A stretch of DNA of 64,000 bases. It comes from Octopus sinensis. Its lineage: Eukaryota. This document shows, piece by piece, positions 10,561-23,487 of the stretch. The DNA is taken from NCBI RefSeq assembly GCF_006345805.1, contig NC_043025.1:5518001-5582000 (forward strand), given 5' to 3'. A program made the position numbers and the translations under genes. Below the pieces are notes generated by a model that saw only the letters and a list, made by a program, of their open reading frames with translations, was not told the origin of the DNA and did not search any database. Position 1 is the first letter of the stretch; every line of letters starts with the position of its first letter.

Positions 10561-11286
10561 TATCTAATTTTTAATGCTGTATATTTGTGTTGTTTTATTA
10601 ACTAGCAGTATCGCCTGGCGATGCTTGGGTTTGTTTCGACCCTTTAGAATTGGAATTTTTGAAAAGTAAAAATTTTGCATTATGTAGCTTGTTATTCTCT
10701 TTAGGTGAACATTTTTCTGATTGAAATACACCGAAAAATGGCAACACAGCAGTCAAAAAAATCATTAAAAAATAAGGATTTTCTTAGAAAAAAAGCACCT
10801 TTCTGATGTAAATAATTTTTGGTGTTAACATGGTCCGATTTGAATTTTTTCTTCTACGGAATGAAGAGCAAGCCTTCTTCTATCATACTCTCAATTTTGG
10901 TCAACTTGCGCCGCAGGGTCTCGGAGGAGATAGTGTTAGTTGAAGGCTACCAAACCTGCCACACACAGACAACTTCAGCTTTATATAGAGAGAGAGACTT
11001 GGGGGAAGAAATGTCTTGAAAAACCAATCTTATTTGGTTCATCATAAACTTAGGGTTTCTCTGATCTAAATTAGATTTGCTGTTACTCTTTTACTTGTTT
11101 CAGTCATTTGACTGCAGCCATGCTGGAGCACCGCCTTTAGTTGAGCAAATCGACCCCGGGACTTATTCTTTGTAAGCCCAGTACTTATCCTATCGGTCTC
11201 TTTTGCCGAACCACTAAGTGACGGGGGCGTAAACACACCAGCATCGGTTGTCAATCAATGCTTGGGGGATAAACACAGACACCCAA

Positions 11287-11325
<39 letters not shown>

Positions 11326-11920
11326 CATATATACGACAGGCTTCTTTCAGTTTCCATCTACCAAATCCACTCACAAGGCATTGGTCGGCCCGGGGCTATA
11401 GCAGAAGACACTTGCCCAAGATGCCACGCAGTGGGACTGAACCCGGAACCACGTGGTTGGTTAGCAAGCTTCTTACCACACAGCCACTCCTGCGCCTGTT
11501 GATGTAAGAATTTCATAAGCATTCCAGAGAACGTGCGAGAAGTCAGAGGGATGTAAACACACCAACAGCGGTTGTGAGCTCGGCATTCTAACAACTGAAT
11601 CATGTGCCAATACTTATGATATATCTACCTATCTTTGTGTGTGTGTGTGTTCAAATTCACTTGAAACCTGTGATATTCCAGTCCTTGAAAGTCTGACCCC
11701 ACTCACGCCCTCCCTCCCTCCCCAGTCAAGGACACAGGTTTATAGAACTCATCCTCTTCAACTGACTATGACACAATACTGTAGCCACCACCATTACAAC
11801 CACCTCGGCTGACAGGTTAATGTACTATTGAGAAGTCTTATCTGAAAAATGTCAAGATGTCTGAATCTGTAAGTATAAATAGCATATATTTACATATACA
11901 TACATATATATATATATATA

Positions 11921-12296
11921 TCTTTATAAATAAAATTCAAGTTGTGTGTCTGTCTCGTACGATTTAGATTCCTAACTACTCCCACATTTTGTGGTGCAGT
12001 TTAACCAAAACCGGGTATCTTATAGTCGTGATCCATATCGAGCCCTTCTGGGTATTAGCGCGCGTCTACGATTTAAAAAAAAATTTACCATCATTTTTTC
12101 CATTTTAATGCATTTTTTCGCTATTATATAAGGGAAGTAACTCTCTAAAAATATCTACGATGAGTCAACGATTTAAAAAAAAAATTTACCATCATTTTTT
12201 TTCCATTTTTGATGCATTTTTTGGTTATAACTCTCTAAAAATACTTATATAGTTATTTCCCTTACAAACCCGAGCAATGCCGGGCGATACTGCTAG
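11921..12296 (+). mobile_element. Non-autonomous Helitron
   Basis: A|TC start, CCCG-AGCAATGC-CGGG hairpin, CTAG|T end. Other copies at 60602-60906(-) and a related family at 10602-10990(-). Confidence 0.85.
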
Positions 12297-12330
<34 letters not shown>

Positions 12331-13066
12331 TATGTGTGTGTGTGCCTCCTGTCACAATGAGATCTCATCCGGTATCAAAGATAAAAATTTGTCCAGTTGT
12401 TCTTTGAAGTCCTTTGCAAATCTCTGAGGTTGTTTGGTATAAGGTTGAATAGGCGCAGGAGTGGCTGTGTGGTAAGTAGCTTGCTTACGAACCACGTGGT
12501 TCCGGGTTCAGTCCCACTGTGTGACACCTTGGGCAAATGTCTTCTACTATAGCCTCGGGCCGACCAAAGCCTTGTGAGTGGATTTGGTAGACGGAAACTG
12601 AAAGAAGCCTGTCGTGTATATGTATATATATATATAGGCGTAGGAGTGGCTGTGTGGTAAGTAGCTTGCTTATGAACCACATGGTTCCGGGTTCAGTCCC
12701 ACTGCGTGGCACCTTGGGCAAATGTCTTCTAGTATAGCCTCAGGCCGACCAAAGCCTTGTGAGTGGATTTGGTAGACGGAAACTGAAAGAAGCCTGTCGT
12801 GTATATGTATATATATATATAGGCGTAGTAGTGGCTGTGTGGTAAGTAGCTTGCTAACCAACCACATGGTTTCGGGTTCAGTCCCACTGTGTGACACCTT
12901 GGGCAAATGTCTTCTACTATAGCCTCGGGCCGACCAAAGCCTTGTGAGTGGATTTGGTGGACGGAAACTGAAAGAAGTCCATTGTATATATATATATATG
13001 AATTTTTTGTGTAATGAGATAAAAAAACCAAGGCTGTGTAGATATCAGAGAATTTATAGATAGAAG

Positions 13067-13121
13067 GTCTTACAGCTGTTTCTAGGATATTAATTAATAA
13101 TAATATCCCTTCATCGGAGAC
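13067..13121 (-). ncRNA. Type I hammerhead-like motif, core variant CCGAUGA
   Basis: Minus strand reads GTCT-CCGATGA-AGGGATATTA...TAATATCCTA-GAA-ACAGCTGT-A-AGAC. Stem III is palindromic ACAGCTGT with a GUA cleavage triplet. Confidence 0.55.
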
Positions 13122-13999
13122 GGTGTGAGAGGATAGTTAAGTCTTAGTTAGTTTAGATGTGATAGAAATAGAGAGTGAAGTGGAGGAAAGAAAATAGATG
13201 TAAGATATGTATGGTTATTGAATTCGTAAATCCGTTTTATAGGCATAATGGTATGGTGGTGATGGTGACTCCCTTCGGTCAGACACTGACCATGGGTTTG
13301 CACCTAGAGAGTTACCCTCTGAGGCACAAGTCTGGGCAAGGTTGTTTTATGGAAGACCAGCAGTCGCCCATGTATACCGGCCTCCCCTCTCCATGCCACC
13401 AATGTTATCCAAGGGAAAGGCAAAGGGGCCGATACAGCTTGGCACCTGTGACGTCGCAACTCATTTCTACAGCTGAGTGAACTGGAGCAACGTGAAATAA
13501 AGTGTCTTGCTCAAGAACACCACACAGCCTGGTATGGGAATTGAACCCACTTCCTCATGATTGTAAGTAACCCATACCAGCTTCCACACCACCGATGTTA
13601 TCCAAGGGAAAGGCAAAGGGGCCGATACAGCTTGGTACCTGTGACGTCGCAACTTATTTCTATAGCTGAGTGAACTGGAGCAACGTGAAATAAAGTGTCT
13701 TGCTCAAGAACACAACACGCAGCCCGGTCCGGGATTCGAGCTCACAACCTCACGATCGTAAGCTCGACGCTCTTACCACTGAGCCACACGCCTTCATAAT
13801 GGTATATATGTATATTATTTCAATAACCTTTGAGTAAAATCCCAAAGTCCAACAGAGTTTAATATGAGTCCATCCAAATGTAAAGTTTATAAGCAATGTA
13901 AGATTCTCTCAAAGTTGGTCCTTCCCAGTAGGGAATTTATATAGAATGTATGTGTATAACCAGTAAACAGTTGAAGCTGAATGGTGAAGATTTTAGGCT

Positions 14000-14500
14000 C
14001 ATTGGTATTGCATTGGATTGTTGTTGTTCAAATCTTCTGTAATGACATGCATAAAGATCTGGTCATCAAATCTAAGTAGAGACTTCAAACTTGAAATCTT
14101 CAAAGCCACAGTCGAACCAATTCTACTATATGGCTCAGAAACCTGGACGTTATCAAAGAAGCTTGAGAGGCGGTTGGATGGAACCTACACTCGCCTCCTT
14201 ATGAAAGCTCAAAATCCCTCGTGGAAGCGTCATCCAACCAAAATGCAAATTTATGGGAAACTACCACCTGTGTCATCTCTTGTAAAAGGTAGGAGAGTCC
14301 ACTTTGCTGGACATTGTTGTAAAGCTGAAGCCATCTACTCGCAATACCAGAGGGTGCACACTCTCCTACCCTCATGTAATCTCCAGGGATACAGGCATCC
14401 AGCAACAAGACCTCCATAATGCCATGAGGGACTGTGAAGTCTGGCGTAGCATGGTAAATTCCATTGTCTCGACCACGGTCGAACAATGATGATGATGATT
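14000..14500 (+). mobile_element. RTE-clade LINE 3' fragment
   Basis: ORF 14018-14419 contains IFKATVEPILLYGSETWT and RRVHFAGH, typical of the post-RT region of RTE elements. Ends in (TGA)n. Confidence 0.85.
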
Positions 14501-15409
14501 GTTCAAATGGTTATAATAAGATAACCAACTCTTGTTGCATTGCTTATTGTTGTACGGTTATATTTGGCACCGAGATATATTGTTAGACATATACACATTA
14601 TATATTGTCACTGACGATATAACGGGGTCTTACATAAAACTAGTATTCCATTGGTTACGACGACGAGGGTTTCATTTGATCTGACCAATGGAATGACCTC
14701 ATCATCATCATCGTTTAGTGTCCGCTTTCCATGCTAGCATGGGTTGGAAGGTTCAACTGGGGTCTGGGAAGCCAGAAGGCTGCACCAGGCCCCATCTGAT
14801 CTGGCAATGTTTCTAGAGCTGGATGCCCTTCCTAACACCAACCACTCAATGAGTGTAGTGAGTGCTTTTTACGTGCCACTGGCACGGGGACCAGACGAGG
14901 CTGGCTGCTCATGAAATTAACATGCAAATGGATGAGTACTCCACAGACACTTTATTTCATGTTGCTCCTGTCCACTCAGCTGGCAAAAATGAGTTGTACC
15001 AGTAATTCAAAGGGACCAGCCTTGTCACACTCTGTCATACTGAATCTCCCTTCAAACTACGTTAGGGGTACACGTGTCTGTGGAGTACTCAGCCATATGC
15101 ATGTTAATTCCACAAGCAAGCTGTTCTGTTAATTGGATTAACTGGCAGCCTCATCGTCAAAACCGACTGAGTGCTAATTAGGAATTGCAGAAAAAGATGT
15201 TAAAATACTTTGTGTTCCTTAAAAGTATAAGCAATTTATTGTAGATACATTTTAACAGAAGTCCCGAAAAGACTGTTTGACCAACAGCAACGATGGGATG
15301 GTCGCAGCTGGAATATCTTTTTGTCAATGGTTCGCTGGATCAGAGCCAACAGGTTTCTTAATAAACGACAACCACATTAGAGTTTACCTGTTCAACCCTA
15401 GATCGAATC

Positions 15410-16100
15410 AAGCAGTTCACTCACCAAGTCTTGGCATCACTCACCAAGTCCTTTGTGAGCTGCTCTCCGGCTATCTATCTGAGGCTTTATATAGCTATGG
15501 TGTGGCCTCACCTGGAATTTGCATCACTGGCCTGGAACCCCTATCTTGCCCAGGATATTAATCGTCTGGAAGCCATTCAGCGACAGGCAACCAAGAGAAT
15601 TCTCTCCATCAGGCATTTGCCATATTCTGAACGCCTTACTTCCCTGGGCATGGATACATTGAAACTCCGATGTCTGGCAGCTGACTTGGTAGACACCCAT
15701 AAAATTATCAACCATCTTACAAACAATAACTCTGAGCACCTTTTCAAACTCCACCCATCTAACACCCGTGGACATATTTACAAAGTCAGAAAACAGTACA
15801 GCTCCCATGACTTTCGGAAACAGTTTTTCATGCTAAGAGTTGCTGAAGTATGGAACAAATTGACGGCATCAGTTGTTAGTTGTCGGAGCACTGCATCCTT
15901 CAAAACTTCCATGCTTTCTGAGATTCGCCAACACTACACCTGACTTTCTCCCCTCCATACACACGCAAGCATGTATCTGACTCATACACTGTTCACTTCC
16001 CAGACATTTGTACATTACTGCATATACTTTATACGCACTTTCTGACAAGTTGTGGTGTGCCTGAGCACTGTATACAATAATTTCATTATTATTATTATTA
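15410..16100 (+). mobile_element. CR1/L2-type LINE 3' fragment with (ATT)n tail
   Basis: LYIAMVWPHLEFASLAWNPY...LEAIQRQATK...YSERL...TRGH...FFMLRVAEVWNKL. A second, more decayed copy at about 25440-26185. Confidence 0.9.
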
Positions 16101-17360
16101 CATCTACCATCGCAGCAATTCTAACCAAAACTGCCCTGTAATTTTTTTATTCAGACATTATCTCGGCAACATGGCAAAAGTAAAGAATATGTACCCCCGG
16201 TGTTTACGGTTAGGGTTAAGGTTTTTGTTACGCCGAAAACAGGTAGTGTACGTATTCTTTATCTCCACCGGACAACATTATGTGTCCTTCAAACAAGACA
16301 ATATGAGGGAATTTTGACTGCTACTCTTAGTAGATTTAACGACCATGTACTGGTATTTCGTTGTTGCTGTTTAGCCCTAGGCTAACATTTTCAAGCAGGC
16401 TTATAATCAACGATGTTCCAACAAGTGTCCTGTCTCTGAGAACTGCCCATTTAAAACATTTAATTTTTTTAGTTTCCAGACGTGAGGTCTAGTGACGCTT
16501 ATTTGTTATGTGTATATGATACCTGTGCCGGTGGCACATAAAAAGCACCATCCGAACGTGGCCGTTGCCAGTGCCGCCTCGACTGGCTTCTGTGCCGGTG
16601 GCACATAAAAAGCACCATCCGATCGTGGCCAATGCCAGACCACTCTGGCACCTGTGCAGGTGGCACGTAAAAAGCACCCACTACACTCGTGGAGTGGTTG
16701 GTGTTAGGAAGGGCATCCAGCTGTAGAAACACTGCCAGATCAGACTGGAGCCTGGTGCAGCCTTCGGGCTTGTCAGACCCCGGTCGAACCGTCCAACCCG
16801 TGCTAGCGCGGAAAACGGACGTTAAACGATGATGATGATGATGATATGATGGACTTCCTCACACGTTCATCACCCAAATTCCGCTCATATGGAATTGCTC
16901 CACTCGAAACCTATATTTGAAGACCAATTTGGCCTAGACGCTACGCAACAGAGCGAAGTGGTGGCGAAGCAAGCTTCTTAACTATACAAACACGACAGTG
17001 TATCCTTCCCTTTCTTCTTCAAGACAATACGAGTAACTTGAGAGAAGTTTGGCTGCTAAAATCTAACAAGCTGAACACCAAGGGGCCTCTCTGTGTTGTT
17101 GTTTAGTCCCAGGTTAGCGCTGATTTAGGAGACCTATGATTAAGGGAATTCTTCGATCGCTGTCTTTTTATAGGGAATTATGAATCGAAGACGACTGTTC
17201 AATATATCTGTCGCCAATATTTTTTTTTGAAGAAGGTAGGGTGTGAATCGAAGCCGACTATCTAACATGTGTCTGCAATACCTTTTAAGACGTATCTGGT
17301 CATCAACAATTTTTTTAAAGAGTGCAGGCTGTGAATTGAGGACGATTGTTCAGCGTATCT

Positions 17361-18136
17361 GGGATCTTTTCAGTTTGAACGGCAGTTTTTAACATAATTT
17401 CTAGGTAACTAAAAAATTTTAAACTTCGTATACTGGTGGAATGTGTTTATAAAACATCTTTTTCTCTTGGCTTTATTGAGAAAATTCTATAGTTTGTAAG
17501 ATATTTGTTGTTTTTTTCTTCAATTTCTGCAATTTCAACCAATCGATGACGTCTATTGAGGTAAAAAAAAACATTCTGTGCCGCATGAATATATCCCTCG
17601 TTTAAGAAACAGATTGGGTTTATTTACATTTGTGAAGAAAAAAAGATACCTTTCTTCCCCACCACTACCCCTACCCCTAAAACAGATTGAAATGCAATAG
17701 ATCGATACTAGGGTCATAATTATGTGTGACAATTTCATATGACACAGCTAGAAAAAACTGCTGTTCAAACCGAAAAGATCCCTTAACCCTAACCCTAAAA
17801 CAGATTGAAATGCAATAGATCGATACTAGGGTCATAATTATGTGTGACAATTTCATATGACACAGCTAGAAAAAACTGCCGTTCAAACCGAAAAGATCCC
17901 CTAACCCTAACCTTAAAACAGATTGAAATGCAATAGATCGATACTAGGGTCATAATTATGGGTGACAATTTCATATGACACAGCTAGAAAAAACTGCCGT
18001 TCAAACCGAAAAGTTCCCTTAACCCTAACCCTAAAACAGATTGAAATGCAATAGATCGATACTAGGGTCATAATTATGGGTGACAATTTCATATGACACA
18101 GCTAGAAAAAACTGCCGTTCAAACCGAAAAGATCCC
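17361..18136. mobile_element. Same MITE family, right end repeated four times
   Basis: ~119-bp terminal segment in tandem; flanked by GTATCT at 17355-17360 and 18137-18142. Confidence 0.8.
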
Positions 18137-18325
18137 GTATCTGCCTCTAATATTTTTCTTTTTTCACACGGCAAAGTATGAATCGAAGACGACTGTCCAA
18201 CATATCCGTCTCCAATATAGTTTTAAGACGATAGGATATGAATCAAAGACGACTGCCCGAAGTATCTGTCACCAGAATCTTTTGAAGATGGCAGGGTGTG
18301 AATCGAAAACGACAATCTAACATAT

Positions 18326-18746
18326 CGGCAATCTTTCGTCTCTAGTAGACCTTTCCGTCGATTTCCGTAAACAAATTTTTTTTTTTTACATATGGGCTTG
18401 CGGGAACTTTTGAAGTAATGAGAGCGAAAGAGACTAAGAGAAAGCGATTGTATGACGAGGGAAGTTCTTTTGAAGTTACCGTGCATGGGAAGCATTGATG
18501 TACATGTGTGTGTGTGTGTTTGATGGGGTGTGGGAGACAGACAGTATGTTGTGTAAGTGAAGTGCTTCTGTTAGTGTGTGAAGAGACAGAGTAATGTGTG
18601 AAAGAAAGAGATAACTAAATTTTTTACTCGGTGTATGTGTATATGTATGTATATTACTTCAAAAGTTCCCGCAGGCCCATACGTAAAAAAAAAACTATTT
18701 TTTTACGGAAATCGACGGAAAGGTCTACTAGAGACGAAAGATCGCC
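18326..18746. mobile_element. MITE with ~90-bp TIRs
   Basis: GGCAATCTTTCGTCTCTAGTAGACC...GAAGTAAT versus ATTACTTC...GGTCTACTAGAGACGAAAGATCGCC. A smaller MITE (CTTCGGTATA...TATACCGAAG) lies at 18809-18966. Confidence 0.8.
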
Positions 18747-18970
18747 AACATTATTTTAACGACCGTAGAGGTTGTGAATCGAGGACGACTATCCAATATT
18801 TGGCGATCCTTCGGTATAAGTACCGGAAGTGGCTTTGTTTACATTTCTGAAGATAACAGAAACCCCTTTTCTCCTCCCCCCCCAACCCTAACCCTAACAC
18901 CCCATATATAAAAAAAAATCCCACTTTCTTGAAATGTATCCGGTACTTCCGGTACCTATACCGAAGTTAC

Positions 18971-19161
18971 TTGTTTCAGTCATTTGACTGCGGCCATGCT
19001 GGAACACCGCCTTTAGTCGAGCAAATCGACCCCGGGACTTATTCTTTGTAAGCCCAGTACTTATTCTATCGGTCACTTTTGCCGAACCGCTAAGTAACGG
19101 GGACGTAAACACACCAGCATCGGTTGTCAAGCATTGCTAGGGGGACAAACACAGACATACA

Positions 19162-19192
<31 letters not shown>

Positions 19193-19364
19193 CACATCTA
19201 TACGACAGGCTTCTTTCAGTTTCCGTCTACCAAATCCACTCACAAGGCATTGGTCGGCCCGAGGCTATAGTAGAAGACACTTGCCCAAGGTGCCATGCAG
19301 TGGGACTGAACCCGGAACCATGTGGTTGGTTAGCAAGCTACTTACCACACAGCCACTCCTGCGC
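18971..19364 (-). mobile_element. SINE family A, full length with target-site duplication
   Basis: Flanked by the direct repeat CCTATACCGAAGTTAC at 18955-18970 and 19364-19379. Confidence 0.9.
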
Positions 19365-19664
19365 CTATACCGAAGTTACGCCCAATATTTTATGCCCCCC
19401 CCCCCTCATTTCCCTTATCTTTTACGACGATAGGGTTACAAACAGAGGGAAAAACTTTGGCTGTTATTTCTAGCATGCCTGCCTGCTCAGCGCACAGGCC
19501 CGCAGGAGCGACCTCGTTGTTAGGATCGTCCACGAGGTACGGTAGGTTGTTAATTGTTGGTGAACGAACACCGGTTCATAAGTCCAAACACCGGTTTCGA
19601 GGGGGGGGAAGGTTCATAATTTCTGTGCTGCAACCAACACACGCACCACTCACTCCATTATCAC

Positions 19665-20320
19665 TTATCTCTCTCTCCCTCTCTCTCTCTCTCTTTATAT
19701 TCTATACTTCGTCTCTCTCTTTACATTCTATACTGTCTCTCTCTCTCTTTATATTTTATACTGTCTCTCTCTCTCTCTCTCTTTATATTCTATACTGTCT
19801 CTCTCTCTTTATATTTTATACTGTCTCTCTCTCTCTTTATATTCTATACTGTCTCTCTCTCTTTCTTTATATTCTATACTGTCTCTCTCTTTATATTCTA
19901 TTCTTCGTCTTTCTCTTTCTCTCTCTCTTTATATTCTATACTTCGCCTCTCTCTCTCTCTTTATATTCTATACTTCGCCTCTCTCTCTCTCTTTATAGTC
20001 TATACTTCGCCTCTATCCCCCTCTCTCTCTCTTTATATTCTATACTTCTCCTCTCTCTCTCTTTATAGTCTACAATCGTCCCTCTCTCTCTCCCCCCTCT
20101 CATATATCAGAGCCAGTCCTCTCTCTCTCTCTCCTCCTCTCTCTCTCTTCATAGTCTACACTTCGTCCCTCTCTCTCTCCCCCCTCTCATATATCAGAGC
20201 CAGTCCTCTCTTTCTCTCTCTCTCCTCTTCTCTCTCTCTTCATAGTCTACACTTCGTCCCTCCCTCTCTCTCATATATCAGAGCCACTCCTCTCTCTCTC
20301 TCTCTCTCTCGCTTGCTCTC
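19665..20320. repeat. (CT)n-rich compound minisatellite
   Basis: Repeats of TTTATATTCTATACT + (CT)n. Confidence 0.9.
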
Positions 20321-21229
20321 CCTTTCCATCAACCCCCCTTCCCGACTCCGTTACTCTCTGACTGGCTTCAGATACTTTTCAAAAGCCAAAGCCAGTCCTT
20401 CAACTATCCACCACGCTTTAATTCCTTCTTCGAAGCCGTCTCATCCCGGGATGAATTAACAATTATCATCAATAGCTCTATATCTACTGTCTATCAATCC
20501 ATTTAAAACACATATTCAAACACCTACCTTAACTAGCTACATGTCTATAACAATAATTAGCCTCTTCACGTCTATATATTTACCTATATAAGCTTCTTGG
20601 AGCCCAACACAACAACATATACACTAGGATATATTATATATAATATAATATAATATAGTATAATATCTGTGTATATTATTTATAGGTGTGTCAGCTAATT
20701 TTCTGGCTGTTTCTATCGTTTATTTTTCCCCTTTTCTGTAAATACACAAGAAAAAACGAAATGACAGAAAATTAGAATTCACAACACAGGTCCACATTTA
20801 TTGCCCACTTTCACAACGGTATACGCAACCACATTTCATAGCACAGACACATACATACGCAGTATTGTACATACATGCATACACACGCACTATAACACTT
20901 CAATAATACACACACACACTTTTATACGCATATATACATACATATATACACGTATACACACACACACACACACACACTTATACATAGCTTTCTACACACT
21001 TTTATACGCATATATATACGTACATATATACACGTATATACACATACACGCACACACTTATACATAGCTTTCTACACACACTTTTATACGCATATATACA
21101 TACATATATACACGTATACATACACACACACACTTATACATAGCTTTCTACACACTTTTATACGCATATATATACGTACATATATACACGTATATACACA
21201 TACACGCACACCCAAGCGCGCAAACAGCT

Positions 21230-21370
21230 ATGGACGAACAGCTGGTGTGTCAACGAAGAACGGGTGATGCGGATGACGACGAGGAATCGAAACCGTCCCC
21301 CCAGGACCCCGTTATCAAGAATTGTCTGGAAGACTGGAACGATTTGGAAGAGGAATATGTCGAGCTGGAG
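21230..21370 (+). CDS. TMEM120: TMEM120 (TACAN-family) exon 1
   Basis: ATG to GAG|gtaagg. MDEQLVCQRRTGDADDDEESKPSPQDPVIKNCLEDWNDLEEEYVELE; CLEDWNDL matches TMEM120A CLRDWEDL. 141 nt, phase 0. Confidence 0.9.
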
Positions 21371-23139
21371 GTAAGGACGAAAATTTTCCTTTCTCTTTCT
21401 CTCTTTTTTGCTGTTTTGTTAACCCTCCCCTCCATGTGTGGGGTTGCCAATGTCTACAAATTTCTCTTTCTCCTCTCTTTTCGATTGGTATGTCTTCCTC
21501 TCTTTCCTTTCGCCTTTCTGTCTTTCCCTCTCTTTTCCGCAAACTCTCTCCCCACCCCGTCTGCTTCTCTCTCTCGCTTTCTCTCTCACCCTTTCTCTTT
21601 TCCAATCTCTCCCCCCACGTCTGTCCCACTCTTTCCAATCCCTCTCTCCTCGTTTCTCTCTCTCTCTCTCATCTTCTCTATCGCTCTCTCTTTCTGATAA
21701 CGTGTCTCCCCCCTCTCTCCCTCGCACACTTCTCTCTCTCCATTTCTCTCACTTTCTACAGTCGTCTCTCTTTCCCTTCTCAAGATTCCATTCTTATCAA
21801 CCGAATAATATTCATAACTTATCTATTTCTCTCCGCACACATCGTATCAAACACATACACGATATCAAACACTCACTTATTCCCTAAGTACAACGTAAAC
21901 CTTGCTTGGTATCGAACACATACTCATTGTATAAAACACAGGCAAGTATCATATTTAACACATACATCACATTAAACAGGTTTTATTACATACACATACA
22001 TTATATTAAATATACATGGAATTACATGCATATATTTAACACATACATGGTATTACATATATGTATGTATCATATTATAAACACTTGTTAAGGTTTTCTC
22101 TACAGATATTCTGTAGAAATTATAACCAGCATATACACTATGCTGTATTTTGTGTTACATATATTGCATACACATAGTATTGCATAGTTTTTTAAACATA
22201 CTTGCATTGTATTCCAGAAATGCATCGCATTTAATATGCATCGTATTACACCTTACGAAGTATTCCACATGCGTTGTGCTGCATACATTTTGAATTATAC
22301 GTTTTTATTTTAGCCAGACCTTTGTGTTATACACACATATTGTGTATCCCCGCTTTCTGTCACTCGTCATAATCTTGTTTTAACGTCCGCTTTTCCATGC
22401 TGGTATGGATTGGGCAGAGTTTATCGAGACAGATGTTATCTACAGCTGGACACCCCTTCCTGTTGCCAATCCCACCCCCCACCTGTTTCCAACCAAGATA
22501 ATGTTTCCTCGTGACCAGACGTGTTCCCATGGAATATTAAACATGAATGACACTGCTTGTATGACGGTGACACTCATTTTACAACTATCGTACGATGTTG
22601 TGACAAGGCGACACAAAGAGACAATTACGTCCACACACCCACACATATTTAATATATATATACCCACATCATCATCATTTAGCATCTGCTTTCCATGCTG
22701 GCATGGGTTTGACTAAGGCGGTTTGCTGGCATGGGTTAGACGGTTTGACAAGGCAGCGAGCTGGCAGAAACGTTAGCATGCAGGGCGGCAATGCTTTGCA
22801 GTATTTCGTCTGCCGCTACGTTCTGAGTTCAAATTCTGCTGAGGTCGACTTTGCCTTTCATCCTTTCGGGGTCGATAAATTAAGTACCAGTTACGCACTG
22901 GGATCGATGTAATCGACTTAATACCTATGTCTGTCCTTGTTTGTCCCCTCTGTGTTTAGCCCCTTGTGGGTAATAAAGAAATAGGTTTGACTAACTGGTA
23001 AGCCAGAGAGCTGCACCAGGTTCCAGTCTGATGTTAGCTTGGCTTCTACAGTTGGATGCCCTTCCTAATGTCAACCCCTCCAAGAGTGTAGTGGGTGCTT
23101 TTACGTGTCACCAGCATGGGTGCCTGTAAGATGTCACCT

Positions 23140-23485
23140 TGAGGTTGAGACACTTTTGGAAAACACCTCAGGGTCTGGCTATGGTTCCGGCTTAGAGGTG
23201 TTCAGCCGTTATCGCTCAGAGGCAGCCTGGCACCACCGCTCTATTGAGCGAGCGTGCAAACTGTTGCTCTGATCCTGCAGTTCCTCTCAAAATGGACAGG
23301 ATAGCCGTGGGTGAGTTGATGTTGCTGGTGTCTGCCTAAGGTCAGCAGAAGCGTTGGCAGCAGCGATGGATGACACGCAAGTGTGCTGCTGCCACCATGC
23401 ACCGAACCCCCGACGTGACTCCAGGCTCCACGTACACGCGATGCATTGGTAGGATGAAACTAACCTGTCTCATGACGGTCTAATT
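23140..23485 (-). pseudogene. Decayed 28S rRNA fragment (3' region including the sarcin-ricin loop)
   Basis: Minus strand has, in the same order as eukaryotic 28S: TTAGACCGTCATGAGACAGGTTAGTTTCATCCTAC, then ATCCTG...GAGAGGAACTGCAGG, then GATAACGGCTGAACACCTCTAAG. Substitutions in normally invariant positions indicate decay. Confidence 0.8.
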
Positions 23486-23487
23486 AG

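Noticed and set aside
12350-12450. Possible LINE remnant (RLFNLIPNNLRDL on the minus strand)
   Set aside because: Too short to support as a feature.
17783-18032. TAACCCTAACCCTAA telomere-like motifs
   Set aside because: Only 2-3 units, and they are an internal part of the MITE.
21371-22091. ORF continuations after TMEM120 exon 1
   Set aside because: Read-through into CT-rich intron 1 past a consensus GTAAGG donor.
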